Of a stretch of 57,765 nt of DNA, positions 50,561 through 57,765 are shown one piece after another. The stretch is taken from positions 1-57,765 of the forward strand of contig JBDIWC010000025.1 in the NCBI GenBank assembly GCA_039794085.1. The letters run 5' to 3'. The notes under the pieces are model-generated. The model was not told the DNA's origin and did not search any database. It saw nothing but the letters and a program-made list of their open reading frames with translations. Position numbers and translations under genes: made by a program. Source of the DNA: Gemmatimonadales bacterium (lineage in GTDB: Bacteria; Gemmatimonadota; Gemmatimonadetes; Gemmatimonadales; GWC2-71-9). Each line of letters opens with the position of its first letter. The stretch's first letter is position 1.

Positions 50561-51127
50561 TCACTCCCGCAGGGGAGCAAGCTGAGTGCGGAGGGTCTTG
50601 AGAGCTCGTCCCATCAGCGTTTCCACCGACTTGACCGAGATCTCCAGCCGCTCGGCGATCTGGCGATAGGAGTGGCCTTCGTCGCGGCTCAGGAGAAATA
50701 TTTCACGGGTGCGGTCGGGGAGGCTGGCGATCGCCTCCCTCACCTGGCGCTCGATGTCGGTGAGCCCCTCCTCGGAGCCGGGGGTTGGAGGACCGTCAGG
50801 AAGCTCCGCCTCCCGGACCACCCGCTCGGCCCAGGAGCGCACCACCCGACGGTGCCGGATCACATTGAGAGAGCGGTTCCGGACCGACCGAAGGAGCCAT
50901 GCCGTCAGGGGGCCATGCTCCGCCGGGGCTTCCGCCCGCCGTTTCCAGAGCGTGAGGAACACCTCTTGCACTACGTCTTCCGCAGCATCGGTGGAGTCGC
51001 TGTACCGGCGGGCCAGTCCCACGAGACCGGGGTGAAAATGCCGGAACACCACCTCGAACGCCTCGCGGTCCCCGTCGTGGAGACGAGAAAGCACCTCGGG
51101 GGCGATCGGGTCCCGGCCCTGGGTCAT
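50561..51127 (-). CDS. FecI-like ECF sigma factor
   Basis: AEDVVQEVF; LPDRTREIFLLSR…SYRQIA…SVKSVE; divergent from FecR. Confidence 0.92.
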   Translation of the reverse strand: MTQGRDPIAPEVLSRLHDGDREAFEVVFRHFHPGLVGLARRYSDSTDAAEDVVQEVFLTLWKRRAEAPAEHGPLTAWLLRSVRNRSLNVIRHRRVVRSWAERVVREAELPDGPPTPGSEEGLTDIERQVREAIASLPDRTREIFLLSRDEGHSYRQIAERLEISVKSVETLMGRALKTLRTQLAPLRE

Positions 51128-51173
51128 GTCGTTGTCCTGAGCATCGGTGAGAGCATATTAGTCCCTGACCCGG

Positions 51174-51206
51174 TGTCAGGGTATCGGGGGACTCGCGTGT
51201 CCCTGT
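51174..51206 (+). promoter_or_regulatory. Putative ECF promoter TGTCAGGGT-N14-GTGTCCCTGT
   Basis: Second copy of the motif, upstream of the FecR-TonB receptor operon. Confidence 0.6.
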
Positions 51207-51251
51207 CTCATGCAAATCCCGTCCCACTCTCGGCTGGAGGGCGTCTGCCCC

Positions 51252-52232
51252 ATGCTTGACCAGATCCCGGATGACCTGCTGGCGCGGTACCTGGCGGGGG
51301 AGGCCTCCCCGGAAGAATCTGCCGGGATCGAACGCCGAGCGGAGACCGACCCGGCCTTTGCCCGGGAGTTGGATCGTCTCCTGGCCGCCTATGCCGGGGT
51401 TGGAGGGACCGGATCCCGCACCACCGACCAGGCGTGGACCCGGCTCGTGGCCCGGATCGATGCGCCGGTTCGTGTGCTCCCTTTTCACCGGCGGCCGACG
51501 TTCCGCATGGCGGCGGCGCTGGTTCTCGTGGCCGGGGCCACTCTTCTGTGGCGGGGTGCCGGGTCCGGGGGCCCGGGGCAGGCTGGTCCCGACACCATCC
51601 GTACCGCCGCTGGAGAGCGGCGATCGGTGGAACTGGAGGATGGGTCCCGGATCGTGGTGGCCCCGGGATCGGTGTTGCGGATCGGGGGGGGGCTCGCGTC
51701 GGGCAGGGGAGAGCGGCGGGTCGATCTGGAAGGGGAGGCGTGGTTCGAAGTGGAGCACGATGCGTCCCGCCCCTTCCGGGTCCACACGGACGGCGGGGTG
51801 GCCGAGGATCTGGGCACCGAGTTCACGGTGCGGGCATGGCCGGGTGAGGGTCGTGTGCAGGTGGCTGTGGTGTCGGGTGCGGTGGCGCTGCGGTCCGCGG
51901 GAGGGGGCGATTCGTCGGTCACCCTCGGGCCGGAGGATGTGGGAGAGGTGATGACGGGACAGGCTCCGACGGTGTCGCGTCCCGGTTCGCTCGCCGGTTT
52001 CGTGGCGTGGCGCGGGGGACGGCTCCCGGTGGAGGATCTCCCTGTCGACTCGCTGGCCACCCTGTTTTCCCGCTGGTACGGTGTGATCCTTACGGTGGGA
52101 GACAGTGCCCTGGGAGCGCGGCGCATCACGGCGACCTTCGACCTCGACCGGGTGGAGGATGCGTTGGAGGTCCTCCGCCTGAGCCTCGGGGTCGAGGTGG
52201 AACGCCGTGACGGCGCGATTCTCCTCCGGTGA
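51252..52232 (+). CDS. FecR-family anti-sigma factor
   Basis: LARYLAGE; TM; LEDGS; LEGEAWFEV…PFRV…LGTEF. Confidence 0.92.
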   Translation: MLDQIPDDLLARYLAGEASPEESAGIERRAETDPAFARELDRLLAAYAGVGGTGSRTTDQAWTRLVARIDAPVRVLPFHRRPTFRMAAALVLVAGATLLWRGAGSGGPGQAGPDTIRTAAGERRSVELEDGSRIVVAPGSVLRIGGGLASGRGERRVDLEGEAWFEVEHDASRPFRVHTDGGVAEDLGTEFTVRAWPGEGRVQVAVVSGAVALRSAGGGDSSVTLGPEDVGEVMTGQAPTVSRPGSLAGFVAWRGGRLPVEDLPVDSLATLFSRWYGVILTVGDSALGARRITATFDLDRVEDALEVLRLSLGVEVERRDGAILLR

Positions 52233-54628
52233 GGTCTTTCCTCGCGGCAGGAGTTTCGGTCGTGGTGTCGCTGCCACCGGGATCGTCGATCGTGGCGCAG
52301 GCGGGTGCGGTGCCGGTGCTCGATCGGGTGGTGGAGGTATCCTTCGTGAGGACCCCGCTTTCCGGTGCCTTGCTCACTCTTCGCCAGGACCGGAACGTCC
52401 CTCTCGCGTTCAGCGGGGACCTGATCCCGCCGGGCCGGGAGGTGACCCTGGCGATGCGAGGTCCTCTGCGCGACATCCTCACCGCCCTTCTCCGCGACAC
52501 CGGGCTCACGCATGTGATGACGGCACAGGGGACGGTGGTGATCGTTCCCGAACGCCGGGGGACGGCGTCGGCCCCGCGCGTGGCGGGAGATTCACCGCTC
52601 TCCGATCTGCTCGCGGCCACGGGAGTGCGCGAGCTCGACCAAGTCGTGGTCATGGGAACTCCGGTGCGGGGAGCACCGGCGTGGAAGCAACCGTCCGCGG
52701 TCGGCATCGCCGAGGGAGACGAGGTCCGGCGTCACCGGTTCCTCTCCACCGCCGATTTCCTGCGCAGCGCCCTCCCCGGTGTCGTGTTCTGGGACACCGG
52801 ACCCGGGGGGCCTCCGGCGGCGGTCGGTGCCGCGCGGGGAGTGAGTTCGTTCGCCACCCGGGCCCTCAAGACCTATGTCGACGGAGTGGAGGTGGCGTCC
52901 CCCGATCTGATCCTGCTTCTCGATCCCCGCAGCATCGAACGGGTCGAGGTCCTCCGCGGGCCGCAGGGGGCGGCGCTCTACGGGGCCGACGCGATCAATG
53001 GGGTGATTCAGGTGGTGACGCGCAAGGGGAGTTGGGCCGCCCGCTCCGCCTCCAGAGCGTGGGGGATCGTGTCGGGAGGATCCCTCGATCGGTCGGCGGA
53101 TGGGACCAACCTCCGTCAGGCCTACGGGCTGGGTGCCACCGTGGACGGCACACGGGCTGCGGGGGAGATCGGAGGCCAGTACCAGCACGCGGGAAACGCG
53201 CGTGCGGTGCCGTGGGCACGATCCTGGAGCGTTCAGGGTGGAGGAAGGGTGGTGGCGGGTCCGGTGGTACTGGAGGGCTCGGCGCGTGGAGGTCGTCACG
53301 AGTTTCTGGAGCAGCAGTTTCTCGACCTCCGCACGCTGCGTCGCATCGACTCCGTTCCCGAGGAGATTCGAACGGTGGGCGGGGGAATCACGGCGACGCA
53401 GTACTTCTCCGAGTCGTGGTTCCACACCGTGGTGGCCGGCGTGGACCACGCCGAAGGGGCGATCGAACGTGCCCGTCCCCTCCTTCTGGCGCCTCGATTC
53501 CCTCTCGGCGCCACCCATGTCCAGGCCACACGCGCCTCCGTCCGCTACAACATGGTCGGGGAGGGGAGGATCGGAGGGGTGGTGCGCCTGACGGGTACAC
53601 TCGGTGCGGAGCACTCATCTCTGAACCAGGATCGAGGGGTTGTGGGAGACGGGGAGACGGGGGGCCGTCGCCGGGTGACCACCGTGCTGGAGGACGATGC
53701 CGACAACTCCGGTGTCTTTGGTCAGGTCCGGCTCCGGTTCGGGGAGCGGGTGCTGGTGACGGGGGGCACCCGGGCCGAATGGAGCTCCACAGTGGGGGAC
53801 CAAGCGGGGCCGGCGTGGGCCTCCACGGCCGGCGCGGTGTGGACCATTCCGGCCGGCCGGCACGCCGTCCGGGTTCGCGGCTCCTGGGGCCGGGCCATCC
53901 GGCCGCCCTCTCCGGGGATGAGCGCCGCCCTGACCACCGGGACCTTCCAGCAACAGGCCAACCCCGGTCTCGGGGCGGAAATCCAGCGAGGCGGGGAAGC
54001 GGGTCTCGAGTTCCATTCCGATGGCGGGGCCCGGCTGGCAGTCACCTACTTCGATCAGCAGGCCGACGGGTTGATCCAGCCCGTGACCCGCCCCAGGCAG
54101 ACCCGCGGCACCACCATCTACCAGTTCCAGAACGTCGGGGCGATCGACAACCGGGGGGTCGAGGTGGAGGCGAGCTTCACCCTCGGCGCCTTTGAGCTCC
54201 GGGGGGCACATCATGTGACCGACAGCGAGGTGAGGCGTCTCGCGCCGGGATATACCGGGGAGCTCCGGGTGGGAGACGACGTGCCGGAGGTCCCCTCGTC
54301 CACGTCCACCCTGTCACTCACCTGGGCACCTGGTGGTTTCCGGCTGTCGGCGGGGGCGGCTCGACTCGGGTCATGGCGAGGCTGGGATGTGCGCGCCCTC
54401 GTCCGGGCGGAACAGTCTCCCGACCCCCTGCCGGAGGACCTGAGCTCCTTTCTGGTGCGCTTCCCCTCGTTGTTCCGGCCGTGGCTGAGCCTGTCGGCCG
54501 ACCTTCGAGGCCGCCTCTCCGCCTTCCTGTCGGTGGACAATCCGGGGGGATCGGACCGGCTGGTGCGGGACAACGGGTCTCCCCCGGTGGGTCGGTCGGT
54601 GAACCTGGGGGTGGAAGTCCGACCGTAG
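52229..54628 (+). CDS. TonB-dependent receptor with N-terminal signalling (STN-like) domain
   Basis: YVDGV; IERVEVLRGPQGAALYGADAINGVIQVVT; NRGVE; C-terminal GRSVNLGV. Confidence 0.9.
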   Translation: MRSFLAAGVSVVVSLPPGSSIVAQAGAVPVLDRVVEVSFVRTPLSGALLTLRQDRNVPLAFSGDLIPPGREVTLAMRGPLRDILTALLRDTGLTHVMTAQGTVVIVPERRGTASAPRVAGDSPLSDLLAATGVRELDQVVVMGTPVRGAPAWKQPSAVGIAEGDEVRRHRFLSTADFLRSALPGVVFWDTGPGGPPAAVGAARGVSSFATRALKTYVDGVEVASPDLILLLDPRSIERVEVLRGPQGAALYGADAINGVIQVVTRKGSWAARSASRAWGIVSGGSLDRSADGTNLRQAYGLGATVDGTRAAGEIGGQYQHAGNARAVPWARSWSVQGGGRVVAGPVVLEGSARGGRHEFLEQQFLDLRTLRRIDSVPEEIRTVGGGITATQYFSESWFHTVVAGVDHAEGAIERARPLLLAPRFPLGATHVQATRASVRYNMVGEGRIGGVVRLTGTLGAEHSSLNQDRGVVGDGETGGRRRVTTVLEDDADNSGVFGQVRLRFGERVLVTGGTRAEWSSTVGDQAGPAWASTAGAVWTIPAGRHAVRVRGSWGRAIRPPSPGMSAALTTGTFQQQANPGLGAEIQRGGEAGLEFHSDGGARLAVTYFDQQADGLIQPVTRPRQTRGTTIYQFQNVGAIDNRGVEVEASFTLGAFELRGAHHVTDSEVRRLAPGYTGELRVGDDVPEVPSSTSTLSLTWAPGGFRLSAGAARLGSWRGWDVRALVRAEQSPDPLPEDLSSFLVRFPSLFRPWLSLSADLRGRLSAFLSVDNPGGSDRLVRDNGSPPVGRSVNLGVEVRP

Positions 54629-54779
54629 CAGTTGGGTCCTCCCCGAATCATCCGGGGCGTTGGGGCCCAGCCGAAACCCCCGAATTCCGATCGACGTAAT
54701 GGGGTATATTGCACCCATCTGTTCCGTGGCGGAGCCGCAATCCCGCCATTCTACCCTTCGCCCACCTCCGAGGTGTCCC

Positions 54780-55433
54780 ATGAACGTACAGACGAGTCTT
54801 CTCGCAGCACTGGCGGTTCTGGTGGCCGCGCCCCTCAGCGCCCAGCAGCACGATGCCGACCGCACGGTCGATGGCGGGGGTGCCCTGCTCCCCGGGTGGC
54901 ATGCCCGGGTGGACAGGGACCGTCCGCTGAAGGACGTGAAGATGACCAAGCTGACGGACGGATGGCAGATCGACAACGGGCCCGCCATCGTGCTCTGGCG
55001 CGATGATCTCAAGGCCACCGGCAACTACGCGGTGACGGGAACCTTCAAGCAGGTCAGCTCCAAGGGGCATGCCCACGGGGTGGGCCTCGTGGTCGGGGGC
55101 AAGGACCTGGCCGGCCCCAACCAGGTCTACACCTATTTCCTGGTTCGCGGCGACGGGGATTTCCTGGTCAAGACCCGCACAGGCAATGAGACGGCCTGGG
55201 TGAACACGGCGTGGGAAAAAAACGCCGCGGTCCAGGTGGACAAGGCCGATGGCACCAACACCAATACCCTGGAAATCAGGGTTCAGAACGGACAGATGAT
55301 TTTCCTGGCCAATGGGACCGAGGTGTTCCGCAAGGCGGCGATGGGACTCTACAGCGACGGGAACTACGGGGTCCGTCTCAACCACAACCTGACGATTCAG
55401 GTGTCGAACCTGGCGGTCAAGCCGCTCCCGTAG
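54780..55433 (+). CDS. Secreted hypothetical protein (ConA-like fold suspected)
   Basis: GAGGT RBS; signal peptide; YTYFLVRGDG; GVRLNHNL. Confidence 0.7.
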   Translation: MNVQTSLLAALAVLVAAPLSAQQHDADRTVDGGGALLPGWHARVDRDRPLKDVKMTKLTDGWQIDNGPAIVLWRDDLKATGNYAVTGTFKQVSSKGHAHGVGLVVGGKDLAGPNQVYTYFLVRGDGDFLVKTRTGNETAWVNTAWEKNAAVQVDKADGTNTNTLEIRVQNGQMIFLANGTEVFRKAAMGLYSDGNYGVRLNHNLTIQVSNLAVKPLP

Positions 55434-55596
55434 CTTCGCCAGGGCATCCAGGGGGAGGGCGCACCCCGCGCATCCCCCTCCCCTCCCCCTCCCCTTCCCT
55501 TCACCGGGGGGGCTTTCGCCCGCAAACCGGGACGTTAGATTAGAGCCCTCACGGGCTCCACCCGGGGCCCGTTCTCTCATCCAAAGGCCTCCGGGC

Positions 55597-56034
55597 ATGT
55601 TCCGCGTTCCCACCTTTCTCGGCCCGAGCCCGATCCACGGGTTCGGCGTGTTCACAGCGGTGCCTCTCCCGGGGGGCACCCTGCTCTGGGATTTCACTCC
55701 GGGAGTGGACCAGGCGCTTCGAGAGGACGAGTTGATGGCGTTCCCCCCGTCGTGGCGGGAGTGGTTCGAACGGTATTGCTACCTGAACGACGAGGGTCTT
55801 TACATCCTCTGTGGGGACAATGCCCGGTTCATGAATCACTCCCCGACGCCGAACTGCGACGACTCCGGCGTCCTCACGGTGACTCTCCGGGACATCGCCG
55901 CCGGGGAGGAGCTGACCTGTGATTACCGGAGTTTTGACCGGCTGTCCCGCACCCGGGGGGAACTGTTCGGGTGGGGGAATTCCCTGGAGGTGGCGGGAGG
56001 ACCGAGGAAATCGGCGGGGGAATCAGTGGTTTGA
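55597..56034 (+). CDS. SET-domain protein
   Basis: SPIHGFGVF; ARFMNHS…PNC; DIAAGEELTCDY. Confidence 0.92.
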   Translation: MFRVPTFLGPSPIHGFGVFTAVPLPGGTLLWDFTPGVDQALREDELMAFPPSWREWFERYCYLNDEGLYILCGDNARFMNHSPTPNCDDSGVLTVTLRDIAAGEELTCDYRSFDRLSRTRGELFGWGNSLEVAGGPRKSAGESVV

Positions 56035-57243
56035 CAGGCGTGACACGACGACTGCCGCCACCCCGTCCGCGTCCTCGGTGATGCGCAGGGCCCGATCCCC
56101 TCGCACGGTGACGAGGCGCTGTCCGGGTGGGATCTCGATCCGCCCGAGGGGAATTCCCTCCGGATCGAGCACCAGCCACCGGGAGGGCTCCACCTCCGGC
56201 TCGATGATCATGGGGAACCGGGAGATCCAGATCCGCTCCGCGTCATCGACCAGGACCCGTCCCAGGGCGGGCCGCACTTTCGGAATGAAACGGTCGTCGA
56301 AGACGAGCGCCAGCACCCGCTCCGCATACCCGTCGGGCATGGTGCGCCAGGATTCGCGCAGGTATTCCCGGGTGCTGTCCACCTCGCTCCGGCGCAGCGG
56401 TTCGGGAGGGATCAACCACCGGATCTCGCGAACCGGGGCCAACCCGCTGTCGAGTACCGTGAGGCGGTGAGTGTCACCCGGTCCCCAGACGACCCCGTGT
56501 CCCGACACCGACAGGACGGGCAGGGGCCAGAAATAGGGTACTCCCCCGAGATCCCCGTATTCGATCTCCGGGCGGTTCGGATAGTGGAGCTCCGGGCCCA
56601 GCGGTCGGCCCGAGGCATCGGTGGTGAGCACGGTGGTGCTCATCGCGATCAGATGGGGAGGGGGACCCGACGGGGGGAGGGTGTCGAAAGTGGTCCGGGT
56701 GGTCCTGAGGCGGTCGGGCCTCACGGCCCGTACGCCATCGGGGGCAAGACGCCAGTCCCCGAACGACACGCTGCGGACAAAACCGCGGACCGCATGGTAC
56801 ACGCTGAGCCGGCCCTGCGTCCTGGAGTACAGATAGAGTGAATCGCCCGCCGCAGATAGGGAACTGGCGGACCAGAACTCTCCCGGACCGTCCCCCCGCC
56901 GTCCGAGGGAGCGGAGCCAGAGCTCCGTGCTGTCGAACAGATGAATCGCCTCCGGCCGGTCGTCGAGGGCGGCGATCGTGCCATCCTCCATCCACACCGC
57001 CTGCCGTAACCGCCCGAACTCGAGATCTCCCGCCGTGCGGATCATCACTTCCGGAACGGGGTCGAGGTGCCAGACGGGCAGCGAGGCCGGGTCGGTGGTG
57101 ATCGTGACGATGGCGACGCCCGCCGAGTCGGTGGTGGTGACCAGGGGGGTGGGGGAGCCGGTCTCCCCGCAGGCCAGGAGAGCCACGCGAAGGAGCCCGG
57201 AGACCGGACCGGCGAAAGGGAGCCCTGCTCGCGGGGTGCGCAT
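56023..57243 (-). CDS. 6-bladed beta-propeller lipoprotein
   Basis: Lipobox LLAC; DSAGVAIV; LGRRGDGPGEF; DDAERIW; DADGV. Confidence 0.75.
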   Translation of the reverse strand: MRTPRAGLPFAGPVSGLLRVALLACGETGSPTPLVTTTDSAGVAIVTITTDPASLPVWHLDPVPEVMIRTAGDLEFGRLRQAVWMEDGTIAALDDRPEAIHLFDSTELWLRSLGRRGDGPGEFWSASSLSAAGDSLYLYSRTQGRLSVYHAVRGFVRSVSFGDWRLAPDGVRAVRPDRLRTTRTTFDTLPPSGPPPHLIAMSTTVLTTDASGRPLGPELHYPNRPEIEYGDLGGVPYFWPLPVLSVSGHGVVWGPGDTHRLTVLDSGLAPVREIRWLIPPEPLRRSEVDSTREYLRESWRTMPDGYAERVLALVFDDRFIPKVRPALGRVLVDDAERIWISRFPMIIEPEVEPSRWLVLDPEGIPLGRIEIPPGQRLVTVRGDRALRITEDADGVAAVVVSRLSNH

Positions 57244-57325
57244 GAGGGGAAGAGAAGGTGGGGGCCGAGCCGTTGTCAATCGCAGTGTCGCCCGGCGGAC
57301 ACCGGCCGCGGCGCTTGGGCGAAAA

Positions 57326-57352
57326 TGGATTCCCACGTGCGCGGGAATGATG
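57326..57352. repeat. REP-like palindrome TGGATTCCC-N8-GGGAATGA
   Basis: Fourth copy of the family. Confidence 0.75.
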
Positions 57353-57387
57353 GGCATTGGCTGTCCCGTCAATCGATCAGAGTCTCC

Positions 57388-57652
57388 CTAACGTGAAAAC
57401 CCTCCCACGGGTGCGCCCCAGGCCGGATGCAGCCCCTCCAGGGCCGAGCGCACCCTCTCGTCCGGTGACCCCGCCACCACCATGCGCACCGGGGTCAGGA
57501 TCGCCAGGAACCGCTCCGCGAAGCGGCGGCCGAAGGTGCCCAGATGGATCATCGCGGCCTCGGAGTCGCGGTACCGCTCCAGGATCCAGACGGTGCTCCC
57601 ATCCGCGCTCGTGCTCCATTCGTAGATCAGGGTGCCGGGTTCATTGTCCCTG
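57388..57652 (-). pseudogene. 5'-truncated ABM (quinol monooxygenase-like) gene, absent from the ORF track
   Basis: Manual translation gives RDNEPGTLIYEWSTSADGSTVWILERYRDSEAAMIHLGTFG…PVGGFSR*; the frame hits a TGA inside the IS end with no start codon. Confidence 0.7.
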
Positions 57653-57765
57653 CGATGGGTCTGAAACCCTCGCCTTCAGGCGACACCTTTAGGTTTTACA
57701 ATATGGCCTTAAACTCTGTCGCATGGAACGTTACCGTACAGGTCCGCACACGCGCTATGATCTGA
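57653..57765 (+). mobile_element. Left end of an IS200/IS605-family element
   Basis: Subterminal hairpin tcgcct-tc-aggcga (57670-57683); abrupt AT-rich shift; TnpA start downstream; left boundary approximate. Confidence 0.7.
57723..57765 (+). CDS. tnpA: IS200-type Y1 transposase, N-terminal fragment running off the window
   Basis: MERYRTGPHTRYDL… matches the Y-R-x3-H-x2-YD-x-KYH opening of IS200 TnpA; only 14 codons are visible. Confidence 0.6.
   Translation, partial: MERYRTGPHTRYDL

Noticed and set aside
57377..57765. ORF-track calls 57377..57619 (-) and 57544..57765 (+)
   Set aside because: Wrong frames; the ABM-like frame ends at 57388 and the TnpA-like frame starts at 57723

Overview
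GC-rich bacterial contig. Its gene content suggests Gemmatimonadota (inference): an ADOP permease, four paralogous 6-bladed beta-propeller proteins, four ECF sigma modules and an ECF/Ser-Thr kinase pair. About 55 CDS. The housekeeping and envelope blocks are: polX-nth-PPIase-HD-cardiolipin synthase-ECF-TolC/MacAB; PAP2-fabH; VIT1-decarboxylase-cupin-rhomboid; ECF-STK-S9 peptidase; and FecI/FecR/TonB receptor. A more AT-rich accessory region (~13.2-19.1 kb) holds a DprA + PRTase pair (ShosTA-like), a Fic/type III restriction chimeric remnant, a Cys-rich secreted peptide beside a beta-propeller gene, and an AAA_14 ATPase. The best candidates for undescribed biology are: (1) a sigma70-driven, multi-stem structured 5' leader ahead of an ankyrin gene that appears to start at CTG; (2) a 204-nt heptamer-repeat element inserted in frame inside a PAP2 phosphatase; (3) the DprA-PRTase defence-like module; (4) the Cys-rich peptide/propeller pair. 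Also seen are a twice-repeated ECF promoter motif, several apparently leaderless genes, a polymerase-dead PolX, and an IS200/IS605 element interrupting an ABM gene at the right end. No rRNA, tRNA or CRISPR array was recognised. All family calls come from motif recognition by eye, not from database searches.
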